A stretch of DNA of 63,678 bases from Elusimicrobiota bacterium (GCA_041694815.1 JBGFSC010000028.1:1-63678), one strand, 5' to 3'; shown: positions 19,959 to 30,620, numbered from the stretch's first letter. Numbers and translations are program-made. The notes: generated by a model not told the origin, from the letters alone.

Positions 19959-21317
19959 ATGAACCTTGATCTTTCCTGGGGATCGCTGGCCCGGGCCGCC
20001 GGAGGCCGCCTCTTGAGCGGTAACGCGGAGGACCGGGTGAACACGATCGGCACCGACACGCGCCGCCTGATCCCCGGATCGGCGTTCTGGGCCCTCGCGG
20101 GCAACCGTTACGACGCGCATGACTTCCTCGACAAGGCCTTGGGGGGGGTCGCAGGCTGGGTGGTCGAAGCCGGCAAGCTTAAGGCCTCGGCGCCGCGCCC
20201 CGCCCATGTCGTGGAGGTTCCCAACACGCTCAAGGCCCTTCAGGCCTTGGCGTCCTGGCACCGGGGACGCTTCAGCATCCCGATAGCCGCCGTCGCCGGC
20301 TCCAACGGGAAGACCTCCACGAAGGAGATTCTCCGTTCCATCTGCGCCGTGCGCGGCCCGGTCTGCGCCACCGAGGGAAATCTCAACAACCAATACGGGC
20401 TGCCCCTCTCGCTGCTCGAGCTGGGCCCCCTCCATCGATTCGGGGTCTTCGAGCTGGGTGAGTCCCATCCCGGAGACCTCGAGGAACTCACGCGCATCCT
20501 GCAGCCGACCGTCGGCGTGTTGACCAACGTAGGCCCCGCCCACTTGGAATTCTTCGGATCCCTGGAAGGCGTCTACCGCTGCCTCTGTGAGCTTATCGAG
20601 GCCTCGCCCGCGTCGACGCGCTTCGCCGTGAATCTCGACGACCCGTGGCTCTCGCGCCTGGAGGCCGAGCTGGGGCCCCGCGCCGTGGGCTACGGCGCCT
20701 CGCCGAAGGCTCAGCTCCGCCTGCTCCCCTCCACGGGAACCGACGTCGAGCTACAGATCGCAGGGCGCCGCCTCCGCGCGAAGCTCCCCTCCGCCGGAGC
20801 GCTGCACCGCCTCAATGCGGCGGCCGCGGCCGCCGCCGCCACGGCGATGGGCCTGGGACCGGAGGAGATCGCCCAGGGACTGGCGTCCTACCGCCCGGCC
20901 CCGATGCGTTTCGAGGAAAGAGAGCACGCCAGCGGCGCGCGTTTGGTCCTCGACGCCTATAATGCCAATCCCGGCTCGATGAGGGCGGGCATCGAGGCCT
21001 TCCTGGAAGCCCATCCGGCCGGCCGGCGCATCCTCGTCTTGGGCGACATGAAGGAGTTGGGCGCTCACTCCGCCCACCTGCACCGCGAGCTGGGTGAATG
21101 GATCGGCGGCCTTAAGGTAGAAGCGGTGTTTTTGGCCGGCCCCGAAATGAGGGCCGCAGCGCTCGCCCTGAGCGCGGCGTCTTCCAAGCTCGTGCGCTTC
21201 GCCGAGCGGCCTCAAGACTGGCTCGGCGAGTTGGCCGGCCTGCTCGACGCGAGGAGCGCGGCGTACTTCAAGGCGTCGCGCGCGATGGCCTTCGAAAAAT
21301 TACTCAAGGAACTCTAA
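19959..21317 (+). CDS. murF: UDP-MurNAc-pentapeptide synthetase MurF
   Basis: GSNGKTSTKE, NLNNQYG, DAYNANP, LGDMKELG. Confidence 0.95.
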   Translation: MNLDLSWGSLARAAGGRLLSGNAEDRVNTIGTDTRRLIPGSAFWALAGNRYDAHDFLDKALGGVAGWVVEAGKLKASAPRPAHVVEVPNTLKALQALASWHRGRFSIPIAAVAGSNGKTSTKEILRSICAVRGPVCATEGNLNNQYGLPLSLLELGPLHRFGVFELGESHPGDLEELTRILQPTVGVLTNVGPAHLEFFGSLEGVYRCLCELIEASPASTRFAVNLDDPWLSRLEAELGPRAVGYGASPKAQLRLLPSTGTDVELQIAGRRLRAKLPSAGALHRLNAAAAAAAATAMGLGPEEIAQGLASYRPAPMRFEEREHASGARLVLDAYNANPGSMRAGIEAFLEAHPAGRRILVLGDMKELGAHSAHLHRELGEWIGGLKVEAVFLAGPEMRAAALALSAASSKLVRFAERPQDWLGELAGLLDARSAAYFKASRAMAFEKLLKEL

Positions 21318-22402
21318 TGCTATATTCCCTCTACGAGCTGCGGCATCTCTGGAGCCCGCTCAACCTCTTCCAATATCTCTCCTTCAGGAGCGCGGGTGCC
21401 GTGCTCACGGCTTTGGCCGTTTCGCTCGCCCTAGGCCCGGCGATGATCGCCTGGCTCAAGAAATACAAGATCGGCCAGGTCCAGCGTTCCGACGGCCCGG
21501 CCAGCCATCTCCCCAAGTCGGGGACACCGACGATGGGCGGGCTCCTGCTGGTGCTCTCCGTGATCATATCGGGCCTTTTATGGATGCGGCTCGACTCGCG
21601 CTTCACCTGGCTGATGATGGCGGTGGCCCTCGCCTTGGCGGCCGTCGGCGGCTACGACGATTACCTCAAGCTCGTGCGCAAACACCCCGGAGGCGCATCC
21701 TCCAAGGTCAAATTCGCCGTCCAACTCTTGGCCGCCCTGCTCGTCGTCGCCTACCTGGCGGTCGATCCGCCGAACCCGCGCCTGCCCACGCACGTGCTCA
21801 TCCCCTACACCAAGCAGTGGACGGTCGATTTGGGGACGCTCTATTTCGTACTGGCCCTCCTGGTCATCGTAGGCTCCTCCAACGCCGTGAACCTGACCGA
21901 CGGCTTAGACGGCCTGGCGGCGGGCAGCATCATCTTCTGCTCGATCGCTTACGGAGTCTTCGCCTACGTCGCGGGCAACGCCAAATTCGCCTCCTACCTT
22001 CTCGTCCCTTACGTGGAGGGTGCCGGCGAGATCGCCGTCTTCCTGGCCGCGGTCGTGGGCTCCTGCCTGGGCTTTCTCTGGTACAACGCCTATCCCGCCG
22101 AGGTGTTCATGGGCGACGTGAGCTCCTTGTTCCTCGGAGGCGTGATCGGGACGGTCGCCCTCTGCGTCAAGCAGGAGCTCATCCTCCCACTCGTCGGTGG
22201 CGTGTTCGTCGCCGAAACGCTTTCGGTGATCCTGCAGATGACGAGCTTCAAGCTGCGGCGCGGCAAGCGGGTGTTCCGGATGGCGCCGTTACACCACCAC
22301 TTCGAGCTGGGCGGCGTCGCCGAGCCGAAGGTCACGGTTCGTTTCTGGATCGTCAGCATCGTCTTGATGCTGGCCGCGCTGGCATCCCTCAAGATCCGGT
22401 GA
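21317..22402 (+). CDS. mraY: Phospho-MurNAc-pentapeptide transferase MraY
   Basis: GTPTMGG, NAVNLTDGLDGLA, FMGD, APLHHHFE. Confidence 0.97.
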   Translation: MLYSLYELRHLWSPLNLFQYLSFRSAGAVLTALAVSLALGPAMIAWLKKYKIGQVQRSDGPASHLPKSGTPTMGGLLLVLSVIISGLLWMRLDSRFTWLMMAVALALAAVGGYDDYLKLVRKHPGGASSKVKFAVQLLAALLVVAYLAVDPPNPRLPTHVLIPYTKQWTVDLGTLYFVLALLVIVGSSNAVNLTDGLDGLAAGSIIFCSIAYGVFAYVAGNAKFASYLLVPYVEGAGEIAVFLAAVVGSCLGFLWYNAYPAEVFMGDVSSLFLGGVIGTVALCVKQELILPLVGGVFVAETLSVILQMTSFKLRRGKRVFRMAPLHHHFELGGVAEPKVTVRFWIVSIVLMLAALASLKIR

Positions 22403-22409
22403 TCGAAGC

Positions 22410-23810
22410 ATGAGCGCCGGCTTCGATCCCAAGGCCCTCCGCGGGGAAACGGCCGCGGTGCTCGGCCTGGGCCGCTCGGGCCTGCATGTCGCCAATCTCC
22501 TGGCCCAGCACCGCTTCAAGGTCCTGGCCTCCGACCAGCGCCCAGCGAGGGAGATACGACCCTTGGCCGCGAGGCTTCGCTCCAGAGTCAAGCTGGAGAC
22601 GGGAGGGCATTCCGACCGCCTGCTCCGCTGCGGCTTCGCGGTCAAAAGCCCTGGCCTCCATCCGTCCGCCCCCATCCTACAGCGCCTGAAGGCCGCCAAG
22701 ATTCCCGTCTTCAGCGAGATCGAAGTCTCGCTAGCCTTCTGCCGGGCGCGTGAGGTCATCGCCATCACCGGGACCAACGGCAAGACCACGACCACCCTGC
22801 TCGCGGGAGCCCTGTTCAAGGCGGGCCGCCGCCGCGCGCACGTGCTCGGCAACGTCGGGATTCCCTTGGCCCAAGCCGCCTCCAAGATCGCCGAGGGAGA
22901 TGTCGTCGTGCTGGAGATTTCCAGCTATCAGCTGGAGGACAGCCAGCGCTTTCATCCCTCCGCCGCCGCCTTGCTCAACGTCACGGCGGATCATCTCGAC
23001 CATCACGGCAGCATGGGGGGATACCTCGCCGCCAAGAGCAAAATATTCCGGGCCCAGACCCCGCAGGAATTCTGCGTTTTCAACGCCTCCGACGCCCTGA
23101 GCTTTCAATTGTCCCGCTCCTGCCCCTCCAAGAAATTGTTTTTCGCTCGCGATGCCTCGGTGGGTCGCCATGCATGGGTCGAACGGGGAAGGATTCTTCT
23201 CAAACTCCCGCAGCAGAAGGAAGTCGTCCTTGATCCGCCGAAGCTGGCTGGGGCGCACAATCTCGACAACGCCATGGCGGCCGCGCTGTTGGCGCTCGGT
23301 GCCGGTGTCTCCCCCGCGGCCGTGCAGAAGGGCTTTAATGCCTTCCGCGGCGTGGAGCACCGACTGGAAGACTGTGGCTCGATCGAGGGAGTCCGTTGCA
23401 TCAACGATTCCAAGGCCACGAACGTGGACTCCACCCTCGTGGCCCTGCGCGCCTTGGCGGAAGATCCGGCCCGTCCCTCAAGGCCCCATGTTTTGCTGAT
23501 CCTGGGAGGGCTCCACAAGGGATTTCCGTATACCCCGCTGCGGCCCTTCCTCGGGACCTTGGTCAAGGGTATCTTGACCATCGGCAGCGCGGCGCGCAAG
23601 ATAGAGGACGACTTGAGCGGCAGCGCGCCCATATTGCCCTGCGAGAACCTCGAGGAGGCGGTCAGAACCGGCTTCAAGCTGACGGAGGAAGGAGATACCC
23701 TGCTCCTATCGCCCGCCTGCGCCTCCTTCGACCAGTTCAAGGATTTCGAGGAACGCGGCCGGCGCTTCAAGGCCTTGATCCGTACGGCCGCCGGCGCCAG
23801 GGGTTTGTGA
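22410..23810 (+). CDS. murD: UDP-MurNAc-L-Ala:D-Glu ligase MurD
   Basis: ITGTNGKTTT, EISSYQL, NDSKATN, LSPACASFDQF. Confidence 0.96.
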   Translation: MSAGFDPKALRGETAAVLGLGRSGLHVANLLAQHRFKVLASDQRPAREIRPLAARLRSRVKLETGGHSDRLLRCGFAVKSPGLHPSAPILQRLKAAKIPVFSEIEVSLAFCRAREVIAITGTNGKTTTTLLAGALFKAGRRRAHVLGNVGIPLAQAASKIAEGDVVVLEISSYQLEDSQRFHPSAAALLNVTADHLDHHGSMGGYLAAKSKIFRAQTPQEFCVFNASDALSFQLSRSCPSKKLFFARDASVGRHAWVERGRILLKLPQQKEVVLDPPKLAGAHNLDNAMAAALLALGAGVSPAAVQKGFNAFRGVEHRLEDCGSIEGVRCINDSKATNVDSTLVALRALAEDPARPSRPHVLLILGGLHKGFPYTPLRPFLGTLVKGILTIGSAARKIEDDLSGSAPILPCENLEEAVRTGFKLTEEGDTLLLSPACASFDQFKDFEERGRRFKALIRTAAGARGL

Positions 23811-23817
23811 CGCGATT

Positions 23818-24906
23818 ATGACGAAGCGCCGCGCCTCGTTGGACTCGCAGCTGCTCTCCGTGGCCCTGATCCTCCTGGTGCTCGGGATCGTCATGATGTA
23901 TTCGGCCAGCGCGCTCTGGGCCGAGCGCCATTTCTCCGATCCGTTTTACTTCCTAAAGCGCCAGCTCCTCTGGGCGGCCATCGGCCTACCGGTGATGCTG
24001 GCACTCTCTAAGCTCGATTATAACCGGCTCGGGGAGTTCTCCTGGCTCGCGGTGGTCTTGACCCTGCTGGCGTTGGCGGCGGCCCTTCTCTCTGCTCCGA
24101 TCGCCGGCGTGCGCCGTTGGATCCGGATGGGCCCTCTCGGGGTGCAGCCCGCCGAGTTCGCCAAACTGGCGATGATTCTTTTCCTGGCCGATTTCCTCGA
24201 CCGGAAACGGAGCCGCTTGGACGCGCCACTGCGAGCGCTGGCCGGCCCCTCGATCATCATGGCCGCGATGTTGGGCCTCATACTCTTGGAGCCGGACCTG
24301 GGGACGCCGGCGCTCATGTTCCTCGTGGCCCTGGCGCTGCTCTTCATCGGGGGCCTCAAGTTCCGCTTCATCGCCTCCGCGGCGCTCTGTGCCGCACCCG
24401 TGATCGTCTTCGAGTTGCTCCGCCTCCCCTATCGGAGGCGGAGGGTCCTCAATTTCCTGCAGCCCTGGTCCGATCCCGAAGGCAGCGGGTACCAGCTCGT
24501 CCAATCGCTCTTGGCCGTCGGCTCGGGAGGATGGTTCGGCAAGGGGCTCGGCTCCTCCGAGCTCAAGCTGTTGCACCTGCCGACACCGCATACGGATTTC
24601 ATTTTCCCGATCGTCTGCGAAGAGCTGGGGCTGGCGGGCTCGCTGCTCGTGGTGGGCCTCTTCTCCTTCCTTTTGCTGCGCGGCATCAAGATCGCCCGTT
24701 CGGCGCCCAACCTCTTCGGGACCCTGCTGGCGGCGGGGATCACCTTAATGGTCTGCCTGCAGGCTTTCTTCAATATGGCCATGTCCTTGGGACTCTTACC
24801 CACCAAGGGCGTGCCCCTTCCCTTCTTTTCTTTCGGCGGATCGTCGCTGTTGGTGACCCTAGCGTGCATGGGGATACTGCTGAGCGTCTCGCGCCAGGCA
24901 CAATGA
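23818..24906 (+). CDS. ftsW: SEDS peptidoglycan polymerase FtsW
   Basis: QPAEFAK, EPDLGT, HTDFIF, PTKGVPLPFFSFGGSS. Confidence 0.95.
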   Translation: MTKRRASLDSQLLSVALILLVLGIVMMYSASALWAERHFSDPFYFLKRQLLWAAIGLPVMLALSKLDYNRLGEFSWLAVVLTLLALAAALLSAPIAGVRRWIRMGPLGVQPAEFAKLAMILFLADFLDRKRSRLDAPLRALAGPSIIMAAMLGLILLEPDLGTPALMFLVALALLFIGGLKFRFIASAALCAAPVIVFELLRLPYRRRRVLNFLQPWSDPEGSGYQLVQSLLAVGSGGWFGKGLGSSELKLLHLPTPHTDFIFPIVCEELGLAGSLLVVGLFSFLLLRGIKIARSAPNLFGTLLAAGITLMVCLQAFFNMAMSLGLLPTKGVPLPFFSFGGSSLLVTLACMGILLSVSRQAQ

Positions 24907-26021
24907 AAAAAATCGCAATCGCCGCGGGAGGAACGGGGGGGCATTTCTACCCCGGGTACGTGCTGGCGCAGGCCTTGGCCTCCGCCGGCCACTCGAGCCT
25001 GTTCCTCCTGCGCCGGCAGGATCCCGCCGCGGCCGTCTTGGACCGCGAGGGGATCCCCTTTGTGGAAGTGGACCTGCGGGGGTTGCCGCGCCGACCGGGA
25101 GCGGAACTGCTGCGCTTTGCCCCCCGCCTGCTCGCCAGCCTACGCCTCATCGGCCGCGTGCTGCGCGACTGGCGGGCCGACTGCGTCGTTGGCATGGGCG
25201 GCTATCTAACCTTTCCGGCAGTATGGAGCGCCTGGCGCCTGCGCCTGCCATCGCTGGTGCACGAATCCAACGCCGTGCTGGGCCTGGCCAACCGCGCCTG
25301 CCTGCCGGCGGCTTCGCGGCTGGCCCTGGGGCTACCGCTGCTAAAGACCCCCAAGCGCCCCTTCCTGCTCTGCGGCACGCCGGTACGTCCCGAACTCTGG
25401 AGCCTTCCGGAAGCCCAAAAGGCGCGGCGCGAGCTGGGCCTCGACCCGCAGCGCTTCACCCTGCTCGTTTTCGGCGGCTCGCAAGGGGCCCGACGCATAA
25501 ATCAGGCTCTCCCCGAGGCCCTACTCCCGATGGGCGGCCGCCCGTTCCAATGCCTGCACATCTGCGGCGATCAGGACGTCGAATCCGTGCGCGCCGCCTA
25601 CGCCTCCGCGCCCTTTAAGGCCCTCGTGCTATCCTATCTCCACGAAATGGACAAGGCGTACGCGGCCGCGGATCTCGTCGTCTGCCGGGCGGGAGCCAGC
25701 ACCCTGGCGGAACTCATCGCCTCGCGCAGACCCGCACTCTTGATCCCGTACGCGGCCGCCGCCGCCGATCATCAAGAAGCGAATGCTCGCCTTCTCGAGA
25801 ACGTCGGCGCGGCGCTCCGGATCCCGGAAAGCGAGCTCGGCTCCGGGCGCCTGTCCGCCGCCCTAGGTGAATTGATGCCCGCGCAGGATGAGGACGTCGG
25901 CGCGAGGGAGCGATTGGCCAAGATGAGCGGCGGTTACGGCCGACTGGGCCTGCCTTCCCCGCGCGAGAGCGCTCGGATGCTCGCCGAGGCCGTGGAGGGA
26001 TTATGCGGCGCAGGATCCTAA
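24903..26021 (+). CDS. murG: Lipid II GlcNAc transferase MurG
   Basis: AGGTGGHFYP, GGSQGA, CRAGASTLAE, HQEANA. Confidence 0.95.
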   Translation: MKKIAIAAGGTGGHFYPGYVLAQALASAGHSSLFLLRRQDPAAAVLDREGIPFVEVDLRGLPRRPGAELLRFAPRLLASLRLIGRVLRDWRADCVVGMGGYLTFPAVWSAWRLRLPSLVHESNAVLGLANRACLPAASRLALGLPLLKTPKRPFLLCGTPVRPELWSLPEAQKARRELGLDPQRFTLLVFGGSQGARRINQALPEALLPMGGRPFQCLHICGDQDVESVRAAYASAPFKALVLSYLHEMDKAYAAADLVVCRAGASTLAELIASRRPALLIPYAAAAADHQEANARLLENVGAALRIPESELGSGRLSAALGELMPAQDEDVGARERLAKMSGGYGRLGLPSPRESARMLAEAVEGLCGAGS

Positions 26022-26746
26022 TCGTCAACGATGATGGGCTCTTCGGGGCCGGGCTTCGGCCGCTGATCACCTCCATGCGCAAGGTCGGCCTCGTGACCGT
26101 GGTCGTCCCCGACCACGAGCGATCCGCCGACAGCCACAGCCTCACCCTGCATAAACCCCTGCGGGTGCGCAAGATCTCCGAAAACTTCTACATCCTCAAC
26201 GGGAGCCCCGCCGACTGCGCCCGTTTCGGCATTCTGGGCATACTCAAGGACAAGGTCGACTTGGTCGTCTCGGGGATCAACCAAGGATTTAACCTCGGCG
26301 AGGACGTGGTCTATTCCGGCACCGTGGCAGGGGCCCTGGAGGCGACCCTACTCGGCAAACCGTCCTTCGCCATCAGCCAAGGGATAGGGTCCCAAAAGGT
26401 CGACTATAAACTCGCCGCGGCCTTCGCGCGCCGTGTGGCGGCGCGGATATTCAAGCACGGGCTTGCCGAGGGGGTCTGCCTCAACGTCAATGTGCCCGAC
26501 TCCGTCCATCCGGGCCCGGCGGCGATCACGCGGCTGGGCCGGCGAGTCTATGGCAAAAAGATCACCGGGCGATTGGACCCCCGCGGCCACCGCTACTTCT
26601 GGCTCGCGGGCAAGAACGTGACCGGCATCGGTGTGCCCGGCACCGACGTGGCTGCCGCCGAGGCCGGACGTCTGTCGATCACACCGCTGCACATCGACAA
26701 TACCGACCTGCCCACCCTGCAATCCCTCCGCCGTTGGGATCTCTAG
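26003..26746 (+). CDS. surE: 5'/3'-nucleotidase SurE
   Basis: ILIVNDDG, GSPADC, SGINQGFN, YSGTVAGA. Confidence 0.95.
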   Translation: MRRRILIVNDDGLFGAGLRPLITSMRKVGLVTVVVPDHERSADSHSLTLHKPLRVRKISENFYILNGSPADCARFGILGILKDKVDLVVSGINQGFNLGEDVVYSGTVAGALEATLLGKPSFAISQGIGSQKVDYKLAAAFARRVAARIFKHGLAEGVCLNVNVPDSVHPGPAAITRLGRRVYGKKITGRLDPRGHRYFWLAGKNVTGIGVPGTDVAAAEAGRLSITPLHIDNTDLPTLQSLRRWDL

Positions 26747-26825
26747 GTGCCAGGCATCCACTTTTTACACTTTCTTAACTTTCTCCAGAATTTCAATAAG
26801 GTGAAGAGAGTGGATACCTGGCACC
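26746..26825. repeat. Palindromic intergenic repeat, copy 2
   Basis: GGTGCCAGGCATCCACTTT...GAGAGTGGATACCTGGCACC; first G is the last base of the surE TAG stop. Confidence 0.92.
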
Positions 26826-26868
26826 ATCTGGCACGCACCTCTTCACTTATTTATAATGTCCTTAATCT

Positions 26869-27549
26869 ATGACGGTCTCGCTTTTGCGCCGAACGCCACT
26901 GTTTAGGACGCTCCCCGAGGCGGAAATCCGGCGTATCGCCAAGATATCCCGGCTGCGGAAATTCCCCGCCGGCTCCAAAATATTCTCGAAGGCCGAGCAG
27001 GCCAAACACATGTTCATCGTGGCCCGGGGCCGCGTGAAGATCTATATCAGCTCCGGCCTGCGCAAGCGTAAAACCTTCGATTACCTAGAAAGCGGCAACT
27101 TTTTCGGCGAGATGGCCTTGCTCGACGGCAAGGAACGCTCGGCCTCCGCGCAGGCCGTTGAGGATTCCCAGCTCTTACTCATCGACAAGAGGGAGTTCCG
27201 CCAGCTGCTCCTAGCCCATCCGGGCCTGGCCTGCCTTCTCCTCAAGACCCTCTCCGATAGGCTGCGCGGGGCCAACGAGGAGATCGAGAGCCTTATCTTC
27301 AAGAATGTCCTAGGTAGGCTCGCCAGGATACTGGTCCAGCTCGGTGGGCGCTACGGAAAATCAGCCGAAGGAGGCCTGCTCATCGACCATCCCTTCAGCC
27401 AGCAGGAGTTAGCGGATCTCATCGGCACCAGCCGGGAGCCACTTTCTAGGGCCTTGGCCAGCCTCCGGCGAGCGCAGCTTGTCGGCGCCCGCCACGGGCG
27501 TCTTTTCCTCCAAGACCCCGAGCGCCTCAAGGAATTGACCAGGGCTTAA
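26869..27549 (+). CDS. Crp/Fnr family transcriptional regulator
   Basis: cNMP domain FFGEMALLD..RSASA; HTH QQELADLIGTSREPLSR. Confidence 0.92.
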   Translation: MTVSLLRRTPLFRTLPEAEIRRIAKISRLRKFPAGSKIFSKAEQAKHMFIVARGRVKIYISSGLRKRKTFDYLESGNFFGEMALLDGKERSASAQAVEDSQLLLIDKREFRQLLLAHPGLACLLLKTLSDRLRGANEEIESLIFKNVLGRLARILVQLGGRYGKSAEGGLLIDHPFSQQELADLIGTSREPLSRALASLRRAQLVGARHGRLFLQDPERLKELTRA

Positions 27550-27557
27550 GCCTCCTT

Positions 27558-28850
27558 ATGGCGCTCCAAACCGTCCGAGGCTTCAAGGACATCCTGGCTC
27601 CCGATTCCGAGCGCATCGGCGCCTTCGAGGCGCTCTCCCGTCGGGTCCTGCGGAGCTATGGCTACCGCGAGATCCGTCTGCCCACCGTGGAGGCCCGGGA
27701 GCTGTTCGTTAAATCCACCGGGGAGACCACCGACATCGTAGAAAAGGAGATGTACGTGTTCAGCGACGCCGGCGGCCGCGAGCTCGCCCTCCGCCCGGAG
27801 GGAACCCCCTCGGCGGTGCGCGCCTACATCGAGCACCATCTCCATCAGCAGGGAGGGCGCACCAAGCTCTATTACGTCGGCAATATGTTCCGCGCCGAGC
27901 GGCCACAGGCGGGGCGTTTCCGGGAGTTCGAGCAGATCGGCGTGGAATGCTTCGGCAATCCCCACCCGGCCGCGGATGCCGAGGCGCTTTTCGCGCTCGC
28001 CGACATCTTCGACCGGGTGGGCCTTCGGGGCCGCTACACCGTGCATCTCAACACCCTGGGCTGCGACAAGGAGGGCTGCCGCCCCGCCTTCCGGAACTCG
28101 CTGTTGGCCTTCTTGGAGGGCATGCGCGATCAGCTGTGCGCGAACTGCCAGCGCCGCCTGGGCCGCAACCCCCTGCGCGCGCTCGACTGCAAGGCCGACG
28201 CCCCCAAGCTGCAGGCGCACTCGCATCGCCCGCTGCTAAGCCCCTGCCCCGAGTGCTCGGAGCACTTCCACTCCCTCGAGACGCTTTTGCGCCAACGCTC
28301 GGCCCCCCTGGACGTCCGAGTCGACCCGGCGCTCGTGCGCGGCCTCGACTACTACAACCGCACGGTCTTCGAGCTGCGCTCCGGCGCGGTCGGCTCCCAG
28401 GACGCCATCGCGGGCGGGGGGCGCTACGACGGGCTGGTCGCCTCCATGGGAGGGCCCGAGACCCCGGCCGTCGGCTGGGCCTTCGGCGTCGAGCGTACCC
28501 TGATGGCGGTGGCGGCGGCGGGAGGCCTTCAGGAGAGCTCTCGCCCGAAGGTGTACGTGGCCGTGCAGTCCAAGCTTCCCGAGCTCGAGACGGCGGCCAT
28601 GGGACTCTTGTCCCGGCTCCGCTGCGGCGACGCGGAATGGGACGCGGAGGGGGGGCTCTTCGCCCACAGCCTCAAAGCCCAGCTCAAGGAGGCCGACCGG
28701 CTCGGTACGGACGCCGCGGTGATATTCGGCGAGGAGGAGTTCCGCCGGAACCGCTGCCTGATCAAGGACATGAGGGCCAAGGACGCGCAAATCGAAAGCG
28801 AGATCTCGCAGGTGCCGGCCAAGCTCAAGGCTCTCTTGGGACGCAGGTGA
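27558..28850 (+). CDS. hisS: Histidine--tRNA ligase
   Basis: LRPEGT, FRAERPQAGRFREFEQ, LVRGLDYY, GGGRYDGL. Confidence 0.97.
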   Translation: MALQTVRGFKDILAPDSERIGAFEALSRRVLRSYGYREIRLPTVEARELFVKSTGETTDIVEKEMYVFSDAGGRELALRPEGTPSAVRAYIEHHLHQQGGRTKLYYVGNMFRAERPQAGRFREFEQIGVECFGNPHPAADAEALFALADIFDRVGLRGRYTVHLNTLGCDKEGCRPAFRNSLLAFLEGMRDQLCANCQRRLGRNPLRALDCKADAPKLQAHSHRPLLSPCPECSEHFHSLETLLRQRSAPLDVRVDPALVRGLDYYNRTVFELRSGAVGSQDAIAGGGRYDGLVASMGGPETPAVGWAFGVERTLMAVAAAGGLQESSRPKVYVAVQSKLPELETAAMGLLSRLRCGDAEWDAEGGLFAHSLKAQLKEADRLGTDAAVIFGEEEFRRNRCLIKDMRAKDAQIESEISQVPAKLKALLGRR

Positions 28851-30616
28851 CGCAACCCTTGCGCTCCCACGGCTGCGGGGAGCTGCGGCCCGCTCAGGAG
28901 GGGCACAGCGTCCGTTTGGCCGGCTGGGTGCACGCCCGCCGGGACCACGGAGGGGTCTATTTTTTCGATCTCCGCGACCGCAGCGGCTTGGTCCAGGTGG
29001 TCGCGCGTCCGGAATCGGCCGAGGTTTTCGGGGCCGCGGCGGCCCTGGGTGCCGAATACGTCGTGGCCGTCAAGGGGACCGTGCAGAAGCGGCCCGCGGG
29101 CACCGAGAACCCCAAGCTGCCCACCGGCGCCGTGGAGGTCAACGCGGAGGAGCTTACGGTGCTCAGCCGGTCGAAAGCCCTTCCCTTCGAGATCGACGAG
29201 CACGTGTCGGTGTCGGAGGAGGTCCGGCTCAAATACCGCTTTCTGGACCTGCGCCGCCAGCGGATGCTCCAAAACCTTTCCTTGCGGCATCGCGCGGCTC
29301 AGGCGGCCCGGCGCTTCCTCGACGGCCGCGACTTCCTGGAGATCGAGACCCCCACGCTGACCAAGGCCACCCCCGAGGGGGCCAGGGATTTTCTCGTGCC
29401 CAGCCGGCTGTCTCCCGGCGAATTCTACGCCCTGCCCCAGTCGCCGCAGATCTTCAAGCAGATCCTTATGGTCGCGGGCGTGGAGCGCTATTTCCAGCTC
29501 GCCCGCGCCTTCCGCGACGAGGACCTCAGATCCGACCGCCAGCCCGAGCACACCCAGATCGACGTCGAGATGTCCTTCGTCCGCGAAGCGGAGGTGCATG
29601 CGCTCATCGAGGGGTTGATGAAGGCCGTTTTCCAGGAAACGATCGATTTTTCCCTCCAGACCCCCTTCCCCACGCTCGATTATGGGGAGGCCATGCTGCG
29701 CTACGGCTCCGACAAGCCCGATACCCGCTTCGGACTGGAGATCGTCGAGCTGAGCTCGCTTCTAAAGGGGACCGAGTTCAAGGTGTTCGGCGAGACGCTG
29801 CGCGGCGGCGGCGCGGTGCGCGCCTTAAACGCGCCGGGCGCCTCGCTGGGGCGCGCCGACATCGACAAGCTGACGGAGAAGCTCAAGGCCCTGGGCGCCA
29901 AGGGACTGGCCTGGATCCGCTGGTCGGAGGGCGGCAAGCCGGAGTCGCCGATCGCCAAGTTCTTAAAACCGGAGGAACTCCAAGGCATCCGCTCCTCATG
30001 CCGCGCGAAAGAGGGCGACATCACCTTCTTCGGGGCCGACAAGCCGGCGGCGGCGGCGACGCACCTGGGGGCCCTGCGCAAGGAGCTGATCTCGCGCTTG
30101 GGGCTTAAGCCCGAACGCCCCTGGGCCTTCTTATGGGTCGCCCATTTCCCGCTCTTGGAATGGGACGCGGAGGAAAAGCGCTGGACCTTCACCCATAATC
30201 CCTTCACCGCCCCTCTGGAAGAGGATTTGCCCAAGCTCGATTCCGATCCCGGCAATATTCGCTCGCACCAGTACGATCTGGTACTCAATGGCGTGGAGCT
30301 CGCCTCGGGCTCGATCCGCAACCACCGGGTGGACGTGCAGGAGAAGATACTCGGCCTGATGGGCTACGACGCCGAGGAGCGCCGCCGGCGCTTCGGGCTG
30401 CTGCTTTCGGCCCTCGATTACGGGGCACCGCCGCACGGCGGCATCGGCATCGGCTTCGACAGGCTCTGCGCCATTTTGAGGGGGGAAGAATCCATCCGCG
30501 AGGTGATCGCTTTTCCTAAGACCCAGAAAGGCACCTGCCCGCTGAGCGAATGCCCCTCGCCGGTGGATCCCAAGCAACTACGTGAATTGTCGATTAAGCT
30601 GGACCTAAAGAAATAG
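28847..30616 (+). CDS. aspS: Aspartate--tRNA ligase
   Basis: RRDHGG, TPEGARDFLVPSR, ALPQSPQIFKQ, PPHGGIGIGFDR; GTG start overlapping the hisS stop. Confidence 0.96.
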   Translation: MTQPLRSHGCGELRPAQEGHSVRLAGWVHARRDHGGVYFFDLRDRSGLVQVVARPESAEVFGAAAALGAEYVVAVKGTVQKRPAGTENPKLPTGAVEVNAEELTVLSRSKALPFEIDEHVSVSEEVRLKYRFLDLRRQRMLQNLSLRHRAAQAARRFLDGRDFLEIETPTLTKATPEGARDFLVPSRLSPGEFYALPQSPQIFKQILMVAGVERYFQLARAFRDEDLRSDRQPEHTQIDVEMSFVREAEVHALIEGLMKAVFQETIDFSLQTPFPTLDYGEAMLRYGSDKPDTRFGLEIVELSSLLKGTEFKVFGETLRGGGAVRALNAPGASLGRADIDKLTEKLKALGAKGLAWIRWSEGGKPESPIAKFLKPEELQGIRSSCRAKEGDITFFGADKPAAAATHLGALRKELISRLGLKPERPWAFLWVAHFPLLEWDAEEKRWTFTHNPFTAPLEEDLPKLDSDPGNIRSHQYDLVLNGVELASGSIRNHRVDVQEKILGLMGYDAEERRRRFGLLLSALDYGAPPHGGIGIGFDRLCAILRGEESIREVIAFPKTQKGTCPLSECPSPVDPKQLRELSIKLDLKK

Positions 30617-30620
30617 CGGT

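Noticed and set aside
27947..28846. Long N-terminal extensions of aspS (also mnmG, murG, coaB, thpR and the MFS gene) in the ORF track
   Set aside because: These are GC-rich open frames overlapping well-supported upstream genes; real starts coincide with stop/start overlaps.
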